Source: Sphaeroforma arctica JP610
Taxonomy: Eukaryota
Direction of reading: 5' to 3'
Assembly: GCF_001186125.1 (NCBI RefSeq)
Contig: NW_014040522.1
Span: forward strand, 49,754-99,252
Length of the DNA: 49,499 bases
In this document: positions 38,901-49,499 of the stretch, in pieces
How positions within the stretch are numbered: position 1 is the first letter of the stretch
How the letters are laid out: every line of letters begins with the position of its first letter
Made by a program: the position numbers and the translations under genes
The notes under the pieces: model-generated
Seen by the model: the letters and a program-made list of their open reading frames with translations, nothing else
What the model was told of the DNA's origin: nothing
Database searches by the model: none

Positions 38901-41900
38901 CGTGTGCGACAACACGAGTGCTGTGTTTAATACACACCACAACACAGCAATACATATACACCTGTCTGTGAGCAAATACATACCATGTCTTCTGTCCCGC
39001 CCTTCTCCACAGACAGCAACGAAGTCATGGGGTTGTAGTACTTGATCGGCTGCACAGGGTACCAGCATCGCAGGAACACTATGTCGCTCATCAGAATCTT
39101 GTCCTCGAAAGTGGCCCTGTACGCTCCCGGGGGCATCCCCTGGCCCTTCATCGCCTTCTTCACACTGCCCCGAATACCACTCACGGTCCGTATACTGGCG
39201 CCCAGAAACTTCTGTATCTCTAGGTCGGAGCTGAACATGTCCTTGATAAATGCGGTGTTCTTATATATCTTGGTGGGTGTTCCGGTGAGTTTCAGCTTCT
39301 TCACCACCTCGAAGCTCTGGTCCAATTCCAGCACCACACCCGTGGCCGCTATCCTGAACCCGGGTGCATCGCGCGAGGGTTTTTGTATGGCCAAAAATCC
39401 GGTGTTCGGGGGCGTGAGCGGTCCCCAAAACAGGGCATTGCAGTGCATGTGGTGAGGGGTGTACTTGAGCAGGCGGTTGCGTTTGTTGTGATCTTGTATA
39501 CTGTATTGCACGGTGGTCTGGAACCTTCGCCAGCCCATACTGATAATCAGTGGATCGTTGTTCTTGAGGATTTTCTTGTGCCACCGGTGCTTCTTCACGC
39601 GCGTGTGTACAAACCCCAGGTTCTCTTCGTTGCTAAGCAACGCCCCCATAATCAACGGATAGCAGGGGTTGAAGTTCTGCACAAACTGGTACGGTATCTT
39701 CACCAGCTCTACGCGCACATACATCCCCGGCCTGTAACCTTCAAACTGCACCCGCACCTCATCGCTCTCATTCGCAAACTCAGCCCTGTTCAGAGCGCTC
39801 TGCTCGGCGATGCCCTTCTTCATCTCGTCAAAGAACTCTGTGTTGTCTTTGGTATCGTACTCCTTGTCAAACATGGCCTTCTTCTTCTTCTTAATCTCTT
39901 CCAGACGGCGCATTTTGGCGGTTTTGCTGAGTTCACTCACCCGATCGCCCGTTTCCATGGCACTCCCGTCGTCAAGGACAACGTCACCGTCTTCATCGTC
40001 TGAGCAATGTACAGCCATTGTATGTATTGTTGAGTGACTTAATATAATGATACATACAAGCCGGAAACAATATCCAACAACCCCCCTCCCCTCCCATCCA
40101 CACACACACACCCTCACCTGCATCCTCGTCTCCACTCTCCCCTTCATTGCCCAGCCCATGCCGCACACCCGTCTCAAGATCTTCAAAGTCGCCGAACAGT
40201 TCGTCGCCATCCTTCACCTCCATGCCTCGGTCTAACGCGTCCTGTCGGCGTTGCTCCTCGTCGTCTTTCGCTAATTGCGTCTCTGCGTCAACATCCTCCG
40301 CCCACGTGCCAGTGACAAAGCGGTTGCGGATGAGCTCCTGCGACGTATGTGTGTGTGTGTGCGGATGGGAGGCGCGGGGGGGGGGGAGGTTTCAGAGCGT
40401 GAGTGTGTGCAGGTCTTGAGAAAAAAAATTTAAGTGTGGAGGGATGTTGACTGTCTATAAGTTTGGCTAGGCTCGCCACCTACTTCCAAATATGTGATAC
40501 TCGGAAATTCGGTAGGTATGGTGATGCCGATACGGGCTCCCTCACACTGCCCCAGACCATACGACGCTTTCAGGGGTTTGAAGGTGCAGAGTCAACGGGA
40601 CTAGTGCAGGACGGAATAACCGGATGAGAGGCTATGCGTCTACTATCATTGGCTGATCATGACCATAAATTCATATAGGAGTGTTTGCCTACACGTACAT
40701 CAGCTCAAGCATTAGACAGGCTATCACATGCACAAACAACATATGAGGTATATCACTTGTATGGCGTCTTGTACAACCCAGTTGTTAAGACTCGGCAACG
40801 AACGGTTCGCACTACCTTACACACATACATACATATCTATATATACATACATATGGCCTCATATACACATTACTACGTAAGCACATACACTTACATATAC
40901 ATACGTTGAGAATATATATCAACGCCCTGCATACCTGAGCACCTTCCGAGTACCAATCGTGCCTGAACTCTGCGGGTAGCCTGTGTTTTGTGGCGTCAAA
41001 CATGTTGATTCCACTGTGTCCCGTATCCTTCTTCTTCAGATGGAATATACCACTCTCAGCAACCTCTTCTTGGTCCGCCTTTGCACTCGACTCCGCCTCC
41101 TCGTTGTCATGGTTACCGTTCCCCCCTTTGCCGTACACAAGGGTCATGATATTCTTGCTACGCCTAGCTTTAAAGCTCTCCGCGGCCTTGAGCGCCAGGT
41201 CCTCCTTCCACCTCAGCGACGGGTGAGTCTCGTCCACACCCACACTCTCCACAGACTCACCCACAGAAGCACCCAACCCCTTCTTCCCTTTCCCCTGGGC
41301 CGTGACTGCATGCTTCGTCCCTGTCGCCTGCAGAGCCCCCTCATCAGCACTGTCACTGTCGCCGTCACTGTCACCGCCAGCATCGCTCGCCTCACTCTCC
41401 TGCATATCTGAGTCCATCTCCTCACTATCACTGCCGCTGCCACTGCTAGCCTCTTCAGAGCCACTGGCCACTCTGTCTATCTCAGCCACGTACGAGTCTT
41501 CGTCTTCGCTCTGGTCGTCGTCCGTTGCGTTCATCTGCCCTTCTCCCATGTCACTATCACTCTCTGCAAACTCCACACTCTCCTCCTCTGTCTCTCCATC
41601 CAGCTCCGACACCTTGCCACCGTGCTTGGCCCCCTTTTTGGCACCCCCATTCAGCATATCTGCCCCCTCCTCATCCTCTGCATTGCTGTCGTCCTCCGAG
41701 TCACTGCCACTGCCGCCGTCACTGTCACTATCCGCTTCATCGTCAAACACTGCGCGACGCCTTCTGCGGCCATCCACCACTTCACTTCTCTCGGACGGTT
41801 GCTTGCGCGTGCTTGCTTTCCCTTGCGCACCCCCTACCCCTTCGTCCTCACTCTCGCCTAGGCCCATATCTTGACCCTCGGCCTTGTCGGTTTGACTCTG

Positions 41901-44268
41901 CACAAAGTCGCCCGATTTGATCACCGCACCTCCGGAGAAAAACCTTAGACCAGCCGACGTCTGCATCTCATCCAGCCCCTTGGGCATGTCAATCAACGTG
42001 TCAACCATTTTAACACCCGGAAGTTCGGTCACATCCTGTGCTGCGTCACCCTCCGACGAACCAATCAGATTCGACTCCTCCGAGACCTTGATTTTTGATT
42101 GGTCAGCGGCATCCACCGCATCCCTGTTGCGTATGAAGTTGCCCATGTCGATGTAGGTAGCGTCTTTGTCGTACACTATATCGCCTATATCGGCCATGGG
42201 CGCGTACAGCAATCGCTCCTTCTCATCCAGCGTGCGCTTTTTCTTCTGTGTGGGCAGGGGGCATGGATCCGCCAAGAACGACATGTTCTCCATGTACATA
42301 TCACCCATGCCTGGTATGTGTATCTTGTGGTGTGCCTTGAGGTGCGTGCCTCGCACATAGCCATACACAGCCACCGTCCGGTCGCACTTGGGGTTGACGC
42401 GTTTCTCCTCCGGGTTAGTGATGTCTTCCATTCGGTCCGCAAGCACGTATCCGTGCGTGTTGCGCCAGGTCATGGGCCTGAACTTCATGACAGATATGAA
42501 ACGGGACAGGTTCATGATCTCCGTCTGTGTGTAGCGCTGCCCGATCATACCCGATAGATAGAACAGCTTGGCTCCCTGGTAGATTTCGGTCCAAAACCTG
42601 TTTTTGAGGCGTTTCTTGGTTTTGCGGAGCACCTTGTTGTTCTTAAACAGGTCCAGATGGGTCAGCACACCCATAATCCGGGGCATCCCGTGCACTTGGC
42701 AGATATTTAGGAACTCGAACGTCTCCATTTCGAAGCCATAACTCGCATCGATCAGCAGAAGCACCAGGTCTGCGACCTTTGCGATGTCGACCATGCTATT
42801 TATATCATTGGCGCACTCCATGAATGTCAGGCGCCGTTTCTTACCTACCAAATAGTGAGTGGGCGGGGGGGGACGAGTAAATGATACGCTAGTGAGATGG
42901 TGTACTACGGTGGTACAACACAAACATACGAACATCAATATATGCACGAGCGGAAATACAGTGGTCAACACATACAAGGTGATAAACTAACGAGACAGCG
43001 AGCTTAGGCATACCCAACACGTTTACAGATATATATATATATAACAGTGTGGCACTTGTGTTGCATATGTAGTATCCGAGCAAGATTGTATGCACGCAAA
43101 CACTTCTAGGGACAGTCACCACAGCAATGATACAGAGATCCTCACGCAATCACATGTCACGGATAGGCAACACACACACGACTTGTCAACCAAGCGCAGT
43201 ACACACAGACGACGAATCCCCAACACACACTTGAGATAAAGACATACACAACTAAATGTACTAGAGATGCACTTGATGGGTCAATGCGATTAACACACTA
43301 ACACACTGGAACATTGACGTGGAGCCCCCTCATCCTAAACATGAGCCAACAAACTCATCCGAAATATACTCATAAGCAGCGGCAGCGTGGACGCTCACCT
43401 GGTGCAAAAGCCTTCAGGCTGTGTTAAACATATCCACAGAGAAGGTACGAGTACAACCGACAAGTACACACACACACACACCTCTAACAGGGCTGCCACC
43501 ATAGCACCTGAAGTGATTGTGACGAGCACATACACCAACAGTACGACTGTGCCGTGGAACAGCCCACACCCAGAAGACTCTGGACACGCACAACCAAGCC
43601 ACGTATATGATATAACACACCCAGAAGTCTCTGGGCACGCACAGCCAAGCTATGTATATAATATAACACACCCGTCACACACCCGAAATGAGCGCAAAAT
43701 CACGCACCCGATATGAACGCAAAATTCACACACCCGGAAACACAATTAGGGCCGTGTACCGGAATTAAGTGTAAAGTGCCAATCCGGATAAGAGCCAAAA
43801 ATTCACACTCCTAAAATAAAAATACAATCAGCCACACCCACTATCGGTGTACTGACACACCCGCGGAAAAAAATTCGTTCCGAAATGATGTAATGTGCCA
43901 CTCCGGATGAAAGCCAAAACTTCACACACCTAAAATAAAAACACAAACAGCCACACGCACCATCAGAGCACTAACACACACCCGATATCAGCGTGACGGG
44001 GCCTTTGATCTCGCCATTGATATTCTGGCGTGTGTAACGCTTGACAAGCGACTTGATAAGTGTTGTCTTGCCCACCTTAGGAGGACCAACAACAGCCACA
44101 ACATACGGAGGAGGCTCGTCAACGTTCCTGTCAGCCATCACAATGTGATGTTTTTTGGTCTCCAAGTCATTGCGACGTCGGAGATTCTTGTGCGCATTGA
44201 CGGAGGAGGCGTTGATGAACGCCTGTATAGGGTTGTAGGGATAGGACAGGGTATGCAGGTGAGAATAT

Positions 44269-44313
<45 letters not shown>

Positions 44314-45274
44314 TGTGTGCATGTATATATATATATATATATATATAATANATATATATATATATATATATATATAGTGTGTGTGTGTTATATATATATT
44401 ATACTTACTANNNNNNNNNNNNNNNNNNNNNNNNNNNNNNNNNNNNNNNNNNNNNNNNNNNNNNNNNNNNNNNNNNNNNNNNNNNNNNNNNNNNNNNNNN
44501 NNNNNNNNNNNNNNNNNNNNNNNNNNNNNNNNNNNNNNNNNNNNNNNNNNNNNNNNNNNNNNNNNNNNNNNNNNNNNNNNNNNNNNNNNNNNNNNNNNNN
44601 NNNNNNNNNNNNNNNNNNNNNNNNNNNNNNNNNNNNNNNNNNNNNNNNNNNNNNNNNNNNNNNNNNNNNNNNNNNNNNNNNNNNNNNNNNNNNNNNNNNN
44701 NNNNNNNNNNNNNNNNNNNNNNNNNNNNNNNNNNNNNNNNNNNNNNNNNNNNNNNNNNNNNNNNNNNNNNNNNNNNNNNNNNNNNNNNNNNNNNNNNNNN
44801 NNNNNNNNNNNNNNNNNNNNNNNNNNNNNNNNNNNNNNNNNNNNNNNNNNNNNNNNNNNNNNNNNNNNNNNNNNNNNNNNNNNNNNNNNNNNNNNNNNNN
44901 NNNNNNNNNNNNNNNNNNNNNNNNNNNNNNNNNNNNNNNNNNNNNNNNNNNNNNNNNNNNNNNNNNNNNNNNNNNNNNNNNNNNNNNNNNNNNNNNNNNN
45001 NNNNNNNNNNNNNNNNNNNNNNNNNNNNNNNATACATAATTATATATATATTTATATATAGACACAGACATACATATATATATATATATATATATTTGTT
45101 GCATCTATTCATATATGTACTTTATACTGTGGTAATAAGGGTTACACATCTTGCCTTTGCGTTGAAGGAGTTCTCATGTTTGCGGTCGACTTTCCTGTGC
45201 TCAGCCGCTGCTCTGGCCTTTGCTTTGCCACCGGTGACAGATTTTTGGTGACCCTTCTGTGACGAGTCTTCCAT
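35960..45274 (-). CDS. BMS1: Ribosome biogenesis GTPase BMS1; 9 exons: 45155-45274, 43982-44222, 40935-42844, 40118-40337, 38984-39999, 38040-38243, 37462-37597, 36647-36731, 35960-36032 (about 1334 aa)
   Basis: Motifs [83 protein letters not shown] and [12 protein letters not shown]. Exon phases are compatible (4005 nt in total). Confidence 0.95.
43566..43960. repeat. Intronic duplications (51-bp x2 and about 120-bp x2) in BMS1 intron 2
   Basis: cacacccagaag(a/t)ctctgg occurs twice; tgcca(a/c)tccggat...agccaaaa...cctaaaataaaaa occurs twice. Confidence 0.8.
44411..45030. other. Assembly gap (620 N) inside BMS1 intron 1
   Basis: Run of N. A smaller gap lies at 7476-7495. Confidence 1.
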
Positions 45275-45898
45275 ATTGTCTATACTATGGGGTTAGCCTA
45301 TATGACCTTGTCAGAAACTATTTACCCACGCCTTATACTGCCGCCACCTTTTAATATATAACAATTGTATCTATATCGACTGCTTTGGTGAACGCCTTAG
45401 ATCAAATATAGATAAAAGCTCTATAATGTATTATATCACATTCACGTCGAGAACCGTAATATCCGAGGACGAGCATTATCGACTGTACACATGCACCAAA
45501 TATCGGACAAAAATTAGTTCATGTGGTTGGCGGCCAAAATTGATATTCAGCTTCTGATATGTCATCAATTCTATTTATAATTTCAGCCCCGAAAAAAATA
45601 AGTCATTTGAATTGTACAAGGTTTGATTGGTCCATTTACTAAACACAATTATAAACTTTATGTAACTCGGGATTCAACTCCCGAGCCTCGAGCCTGAATC
45701 CCTTCGGTGATAAATAAATAAAAACTAGGTTTATTTCCCTCGCAGTTTAGGGCATCAGGCTCACGTGTATTCGACCTAAGAGTTAGAGCACATATTTTAC
45801 ACTCCGGAACGCAGATACCGCACGCTATACAAAACCAAACACAAACAAAGGTGTAACATCCTTTTCTCCGCTGAAGCTTGAAACACACATTTGTCACC
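45275..45898. promoter_or_regulatory. Putative bidirectional promoter between BMS1 and RPS13
   Basis: Divergent start codons with 624 bp between them. No specific motif identified. Confidence 0.55.
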
Positions 45899-46575
45899 AT
45901 GGTTCGCATGCACACCCCCGGAAAGGGTATCTCCCGATCATCTCTGCCGTACCGTCGGTCAGTACCCAGTTGGTTGAAGCTTTCACCTGATGATGTCAAG
46001 GACCAGATCTTCAAGCTAGCCCGCAAAGGTTTGACCCCATCGCAGATTGGTGTGATTCTTCGTGATTCACATGGAGTTGCCAAGGTTGACCGTGTTACCG
46101 GATCAAAGATCTTGCGAATCCTTCGCGCTAAGGGTCTTGCCCCCGATACACCCGAGGATCTGTACTGTTTGATTAAGAAGGCAGTGTCTGTGCGCAAGCA
46201 TTTGGACCGTAACCGTAAGGACAAGGTATGCATAGTACATCTGATTTATAGAAGTAGGTATATTATTATGCTCGTATATACCATGTATACTTCAGCTACC
46301 TGATATTAAGTTGCCCTGTACAATTTTGATATTGCAGCTTTTTTTTGTTACTTTACTGAGTCGAACATGCTGCGTGCATACGAGCAACATTTTATGATAT
46401 CCATTGAATACATGCGGATCTAACGGTAATATACACGTCTATTTCCCAGGACTCCAAGTTCCGTCTTATTCTTATCGAGGCTCGTATCCACCGATTGGCT
46501 CGTTACTACAAGCGCGTAGGACAGCTACCCCCCGTCTGGAAGTACGATTCCGCTACAGCATCCACCCTTGTGTAA
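45899..46575 (+). CDS. RPS13: 40S ribosomal protein S13 (uS15); exons 45899-46225 and 46450-46575 (150 aa)
   Basis: [33 protein letters not shown] and [32 protein letters not shown]. Phase-0 intron gtatgc...cccag. Confidence 0.98.
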
Positions 46576-48960
46576 AGCGATAAATGGAGTTTATCCCACA
46601 TATGGCGTACTACTACTACTGATTGCCGTTGACATATTCACATCATTCAATTATACGCGTGTATTAGACTTGTGGACACTAAAGGGTGTTTTGTATGCCT
46701 GTCTATGCACTCCAATATGTGTGAAAGCTGCATTTAATATATTAGTTCATTGTCTGTGCAATAAATAATGACCACCAAGTGTTGACGTTGTACATGGTCT
46801 GGATGGCATATCTATTTGCTTACTTTTCGGAGTAGCATTTAGAAACCATCCTGTTCCGCTGTGTGCACACTGAGCTTGTCCAAAGTCGCTCTTTGCTTTC
46901 TGATTGTGATATAAATTTTGTAAGATTCTATCTTGGCTGCTGTATGTATATCTTTCAGTCAGCTATTATATATCAGATTGTATGTTTTGCAAACTATTCT
47001 AAGCGGTATATTGGTGGCGAGATGTACCTTTCTTTATATCTTGTTTGCTATTGTTACCAAACTTGATCAGTGATAATTCTGAAAGTGTGTTTGGTAACAA
47101 ATTTGGCAAGAATGAAGTTCAGCATATATGAAATAGTAGTAGCTGGCTGTGAAACTAAAACATCCATAAAAGATATCTCACTCTGAGTAAATAAAGCTAT
47201 TTCTGACTTTGACGCGTTTCTAAATTGATATATTGAATGCTTCGGTGTGTATTACTTTATCGGTACGTTGACGGCGAGTAATCGCGTCTTCCCCAAACTA
47301 TCCTTCTTTGTACTACTTATGAAACACATGAGTGATATATATGGTATTAAGAATCAATTTTGAAAGGCATTTACATCATGCGGGTGTGGATGGCGATTGT
47401 CTGAGTACGGCTATGCCTTGACATCATGTACAGCCCTCTACTGGAGGTTTTCCATGTAGACAGTAAATAAACTGTTGTTATGTTTACATATCGAACAACT
47501 GTTGAGATTGCAGAAATTCAATACTATATAAACTGGCTGTATACAAGTACTATGGACTTTACCTTTAGCACGACCATCTATCCTTAGACCCGGTCGTAGA
47601 TGAACGTACGGTCGCATCCTTCCACAAGTATAATATCTTCAGAATAGTAATTTAGTATGCCCCGCCTTCTGTTCGATTCTTTCGGTGCGATTGTGCGACA
47701 ACGTCAATGCGCATGGCCAAAAGTGACAGTCGTGTAAGAATATGTAAACTGGAGTTTGTTCCATGCAGCTGAGTAATATCCAGAATTATGAACCAGGAAA
47801 TACTGAAAGGACAGTTGTGGTTCTGAACGCGACCAATTTTGACCTAAGCGCCAATCTCATAGTCGTAGTACGAATGCACGGATTTGGCTTACAAAGCCGA
47901 CAATTTGCAGACCAGTTTGAAATGGTATACCACGTGACGGGCCTGTTTTAAATATAAAAAAGGTTTTTAATTACTGTATGGATATACACCCTTTGTACAC
48001 GTTTCTCTCAACCACACACACGTGTACACTTGTATGTGTGTAATTTACATATGTATATACGCTACGCTATGTTCTAAAAGAGCTATTATAGTAGCAATCC
48101 TCAACACAGAAATCGCATTCAATCGCAACGGCCATGTCGGTATTGATCGTGGCGTAACTGCGAGGTGGCACGTTTTTTTTTAAAATAGCTAAGTGGATGC
48201 TCTGGTAAGTTGAGAATAGTAGCAGGTTGAGGGCGTGCATATAAGATTGGAATGCTTTGTCACCTGATGTAGTAGATGCAGTGCGAGAAAATTCAGGCAT
48301 GTGTCGTTAAGCAGCATATGTGTTGTGAAATGATTCTTTCTAAATACAAGTGCAGCAAATAGAGACTCGTACATGTATAGTCTCAGCAAATTTTGATAAA
48401 ATATATGGTTAAACTACTTTCATACCGATAAGAATTGGTAGTTATCTACAATACCCTTGACTTTCAGGATGTCAATCATAGTTTTCGTTCTTTTTTCAGA
48501 AGGCTATGTGTCAATCCACTCAGCAACCCTGCGGTGCAGAACAATACGTACCAGCAAGAGACTTAAAAACATAGCGTACCAAAATACTAATAGCGCACTT
48601 ACTATCGCATATGCATGTAAAATGGAAAAGAAAAGGAATGGATCTACACAGGAATAGGATTCGAATGATATAAATACCAACACAGAGTATATCGACGAGT
48701 TATTCCAGTACGAACACGTACAATCAAACGTGCACCAATGGTTGTGTAATGGTTTTGCGAGTGCTTTTCGGGCACATGATAAATTAGGGTTTAAAGCCAC
48801 CAGTACCTCCATGTAGTCTTATATCCAGCCTAACCTTAAACATTTTCAAGAACAATCCAGTTTTGCAAGATACTATATAGATGAGTACAATACATATGTC
48901 TCGTGTATTGGCTTTGTGCATTCTCTCGTTTATATTAGGCAAGACAAACTGATCGAAAAG

Positions 48961-49076
48961 CCTAAACCCTAATCTTAATTCTAAAGCCTAAAGCCTAATC
49001 TTAATTCTAAAGCCTAAACCCTAATCTCAATTCTAAAGCCTAAAGCCTAATCTTAATTCTAAAGCCTAAACCCTAA
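48961..49076. repeat. 26-bp tandem repeat containing telomere-like CCCTAAA/CCTAAA, about 4.5 copies
   Basis: cctaaa(c/g)cctaatcttaattctaaag with alternating variants. Confidence 0.9.
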
Positions 49077-49095
49077 AGGCCGTGTAAGGCATCTG

Positions 49096-49142
49096 TTCTC
49101 ACTTCTCACTTCGCACTTCTCACTTCTCACTTCTCACTTCTC
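49096..49142. repeat. (TTCTCAC)n heptamer repeat
   Basis: About 6.5 copies seen directly. Confidence 0.9.
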
Positions 49143-49499
49143 AAAACAAATAGTATTTTACTGACGGTAAATAATAAATAATACATCATACAAAAGCAGC
49201 GAGATTCCTCGGCTTATTATAAGAGCCTAAATATAATCTCGAGCGATATAGCTTGACACTAGTTGGAATGAGAGTAATGGTACCCCTCAGCCACTTTGGG
49301 CCGTCCTTACGCTCCAAAATGCTCGTTTCCAGAGCTATCGGTCATCCGTTCCTACGGACCATGTCTAAACTGTCACAAGGTAACCTACTAAGCCGTCTCT
49401 ATGGAAGTGCATTCATATATACATTTATATATAAATTCACAACAAGACAATTAAGATCACGCCCGCATGTGAACACGCACATGAATACACACATATATA

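Noticed and set aside
46226..46449. U14-type snoRNA in the RPS13 intron, as in vertebrates
   Set aside because: No RTGATGA box C or recognisable 18S-complementary domains.
47763..47951. 62-aa ORF with a protein-like composition
   Set aside because: No recognisable motif or supporting splice structure, so it cannot be supported.

Overview
Intron-rich, microsatellite-laden draft genome of a unicellular eukaryote. The gene content and intron style suggest an opisthokont, possibly an ichthyosporean such as Sphaeroforma (inference only). Hand-assembled spliced genes are: the first exon of serine palmitoyltransferase LCB2/SPTLC2, a 2-exon MFSD5/MOT2-type transporter, a 15-exon ABCD-family half transporter, a 9-exon BMS1 (probable GC-AG first intron) and a 2-exon RPS13 head-to-head with BMS1. 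Intronless ORFs are a bacterial-type ProP/MHS MFS transporter, a 171-aa ubiquitin-like protein with a midnolin/ZFAND4-like C-terminal helix, and a 95-aa single-TM orphan. An XenB/NemA-like old yellow enzyme gene is broken by four frameshifts that look like clean deletions. The 3.9-13.5 kb region is a field of degenerate DNA-transposon-like ends. It contains long inverted repeats enclosing the orphan ORF, a TIR-TIR-like hairpin, arrays of a palindromic 15-mer and an unusual 'stuttered' CTCAG/CTACAG texture. No rRNA, tRNA or CRISPR array was recognised. All family assignments are from recalled motifs, not database searches.
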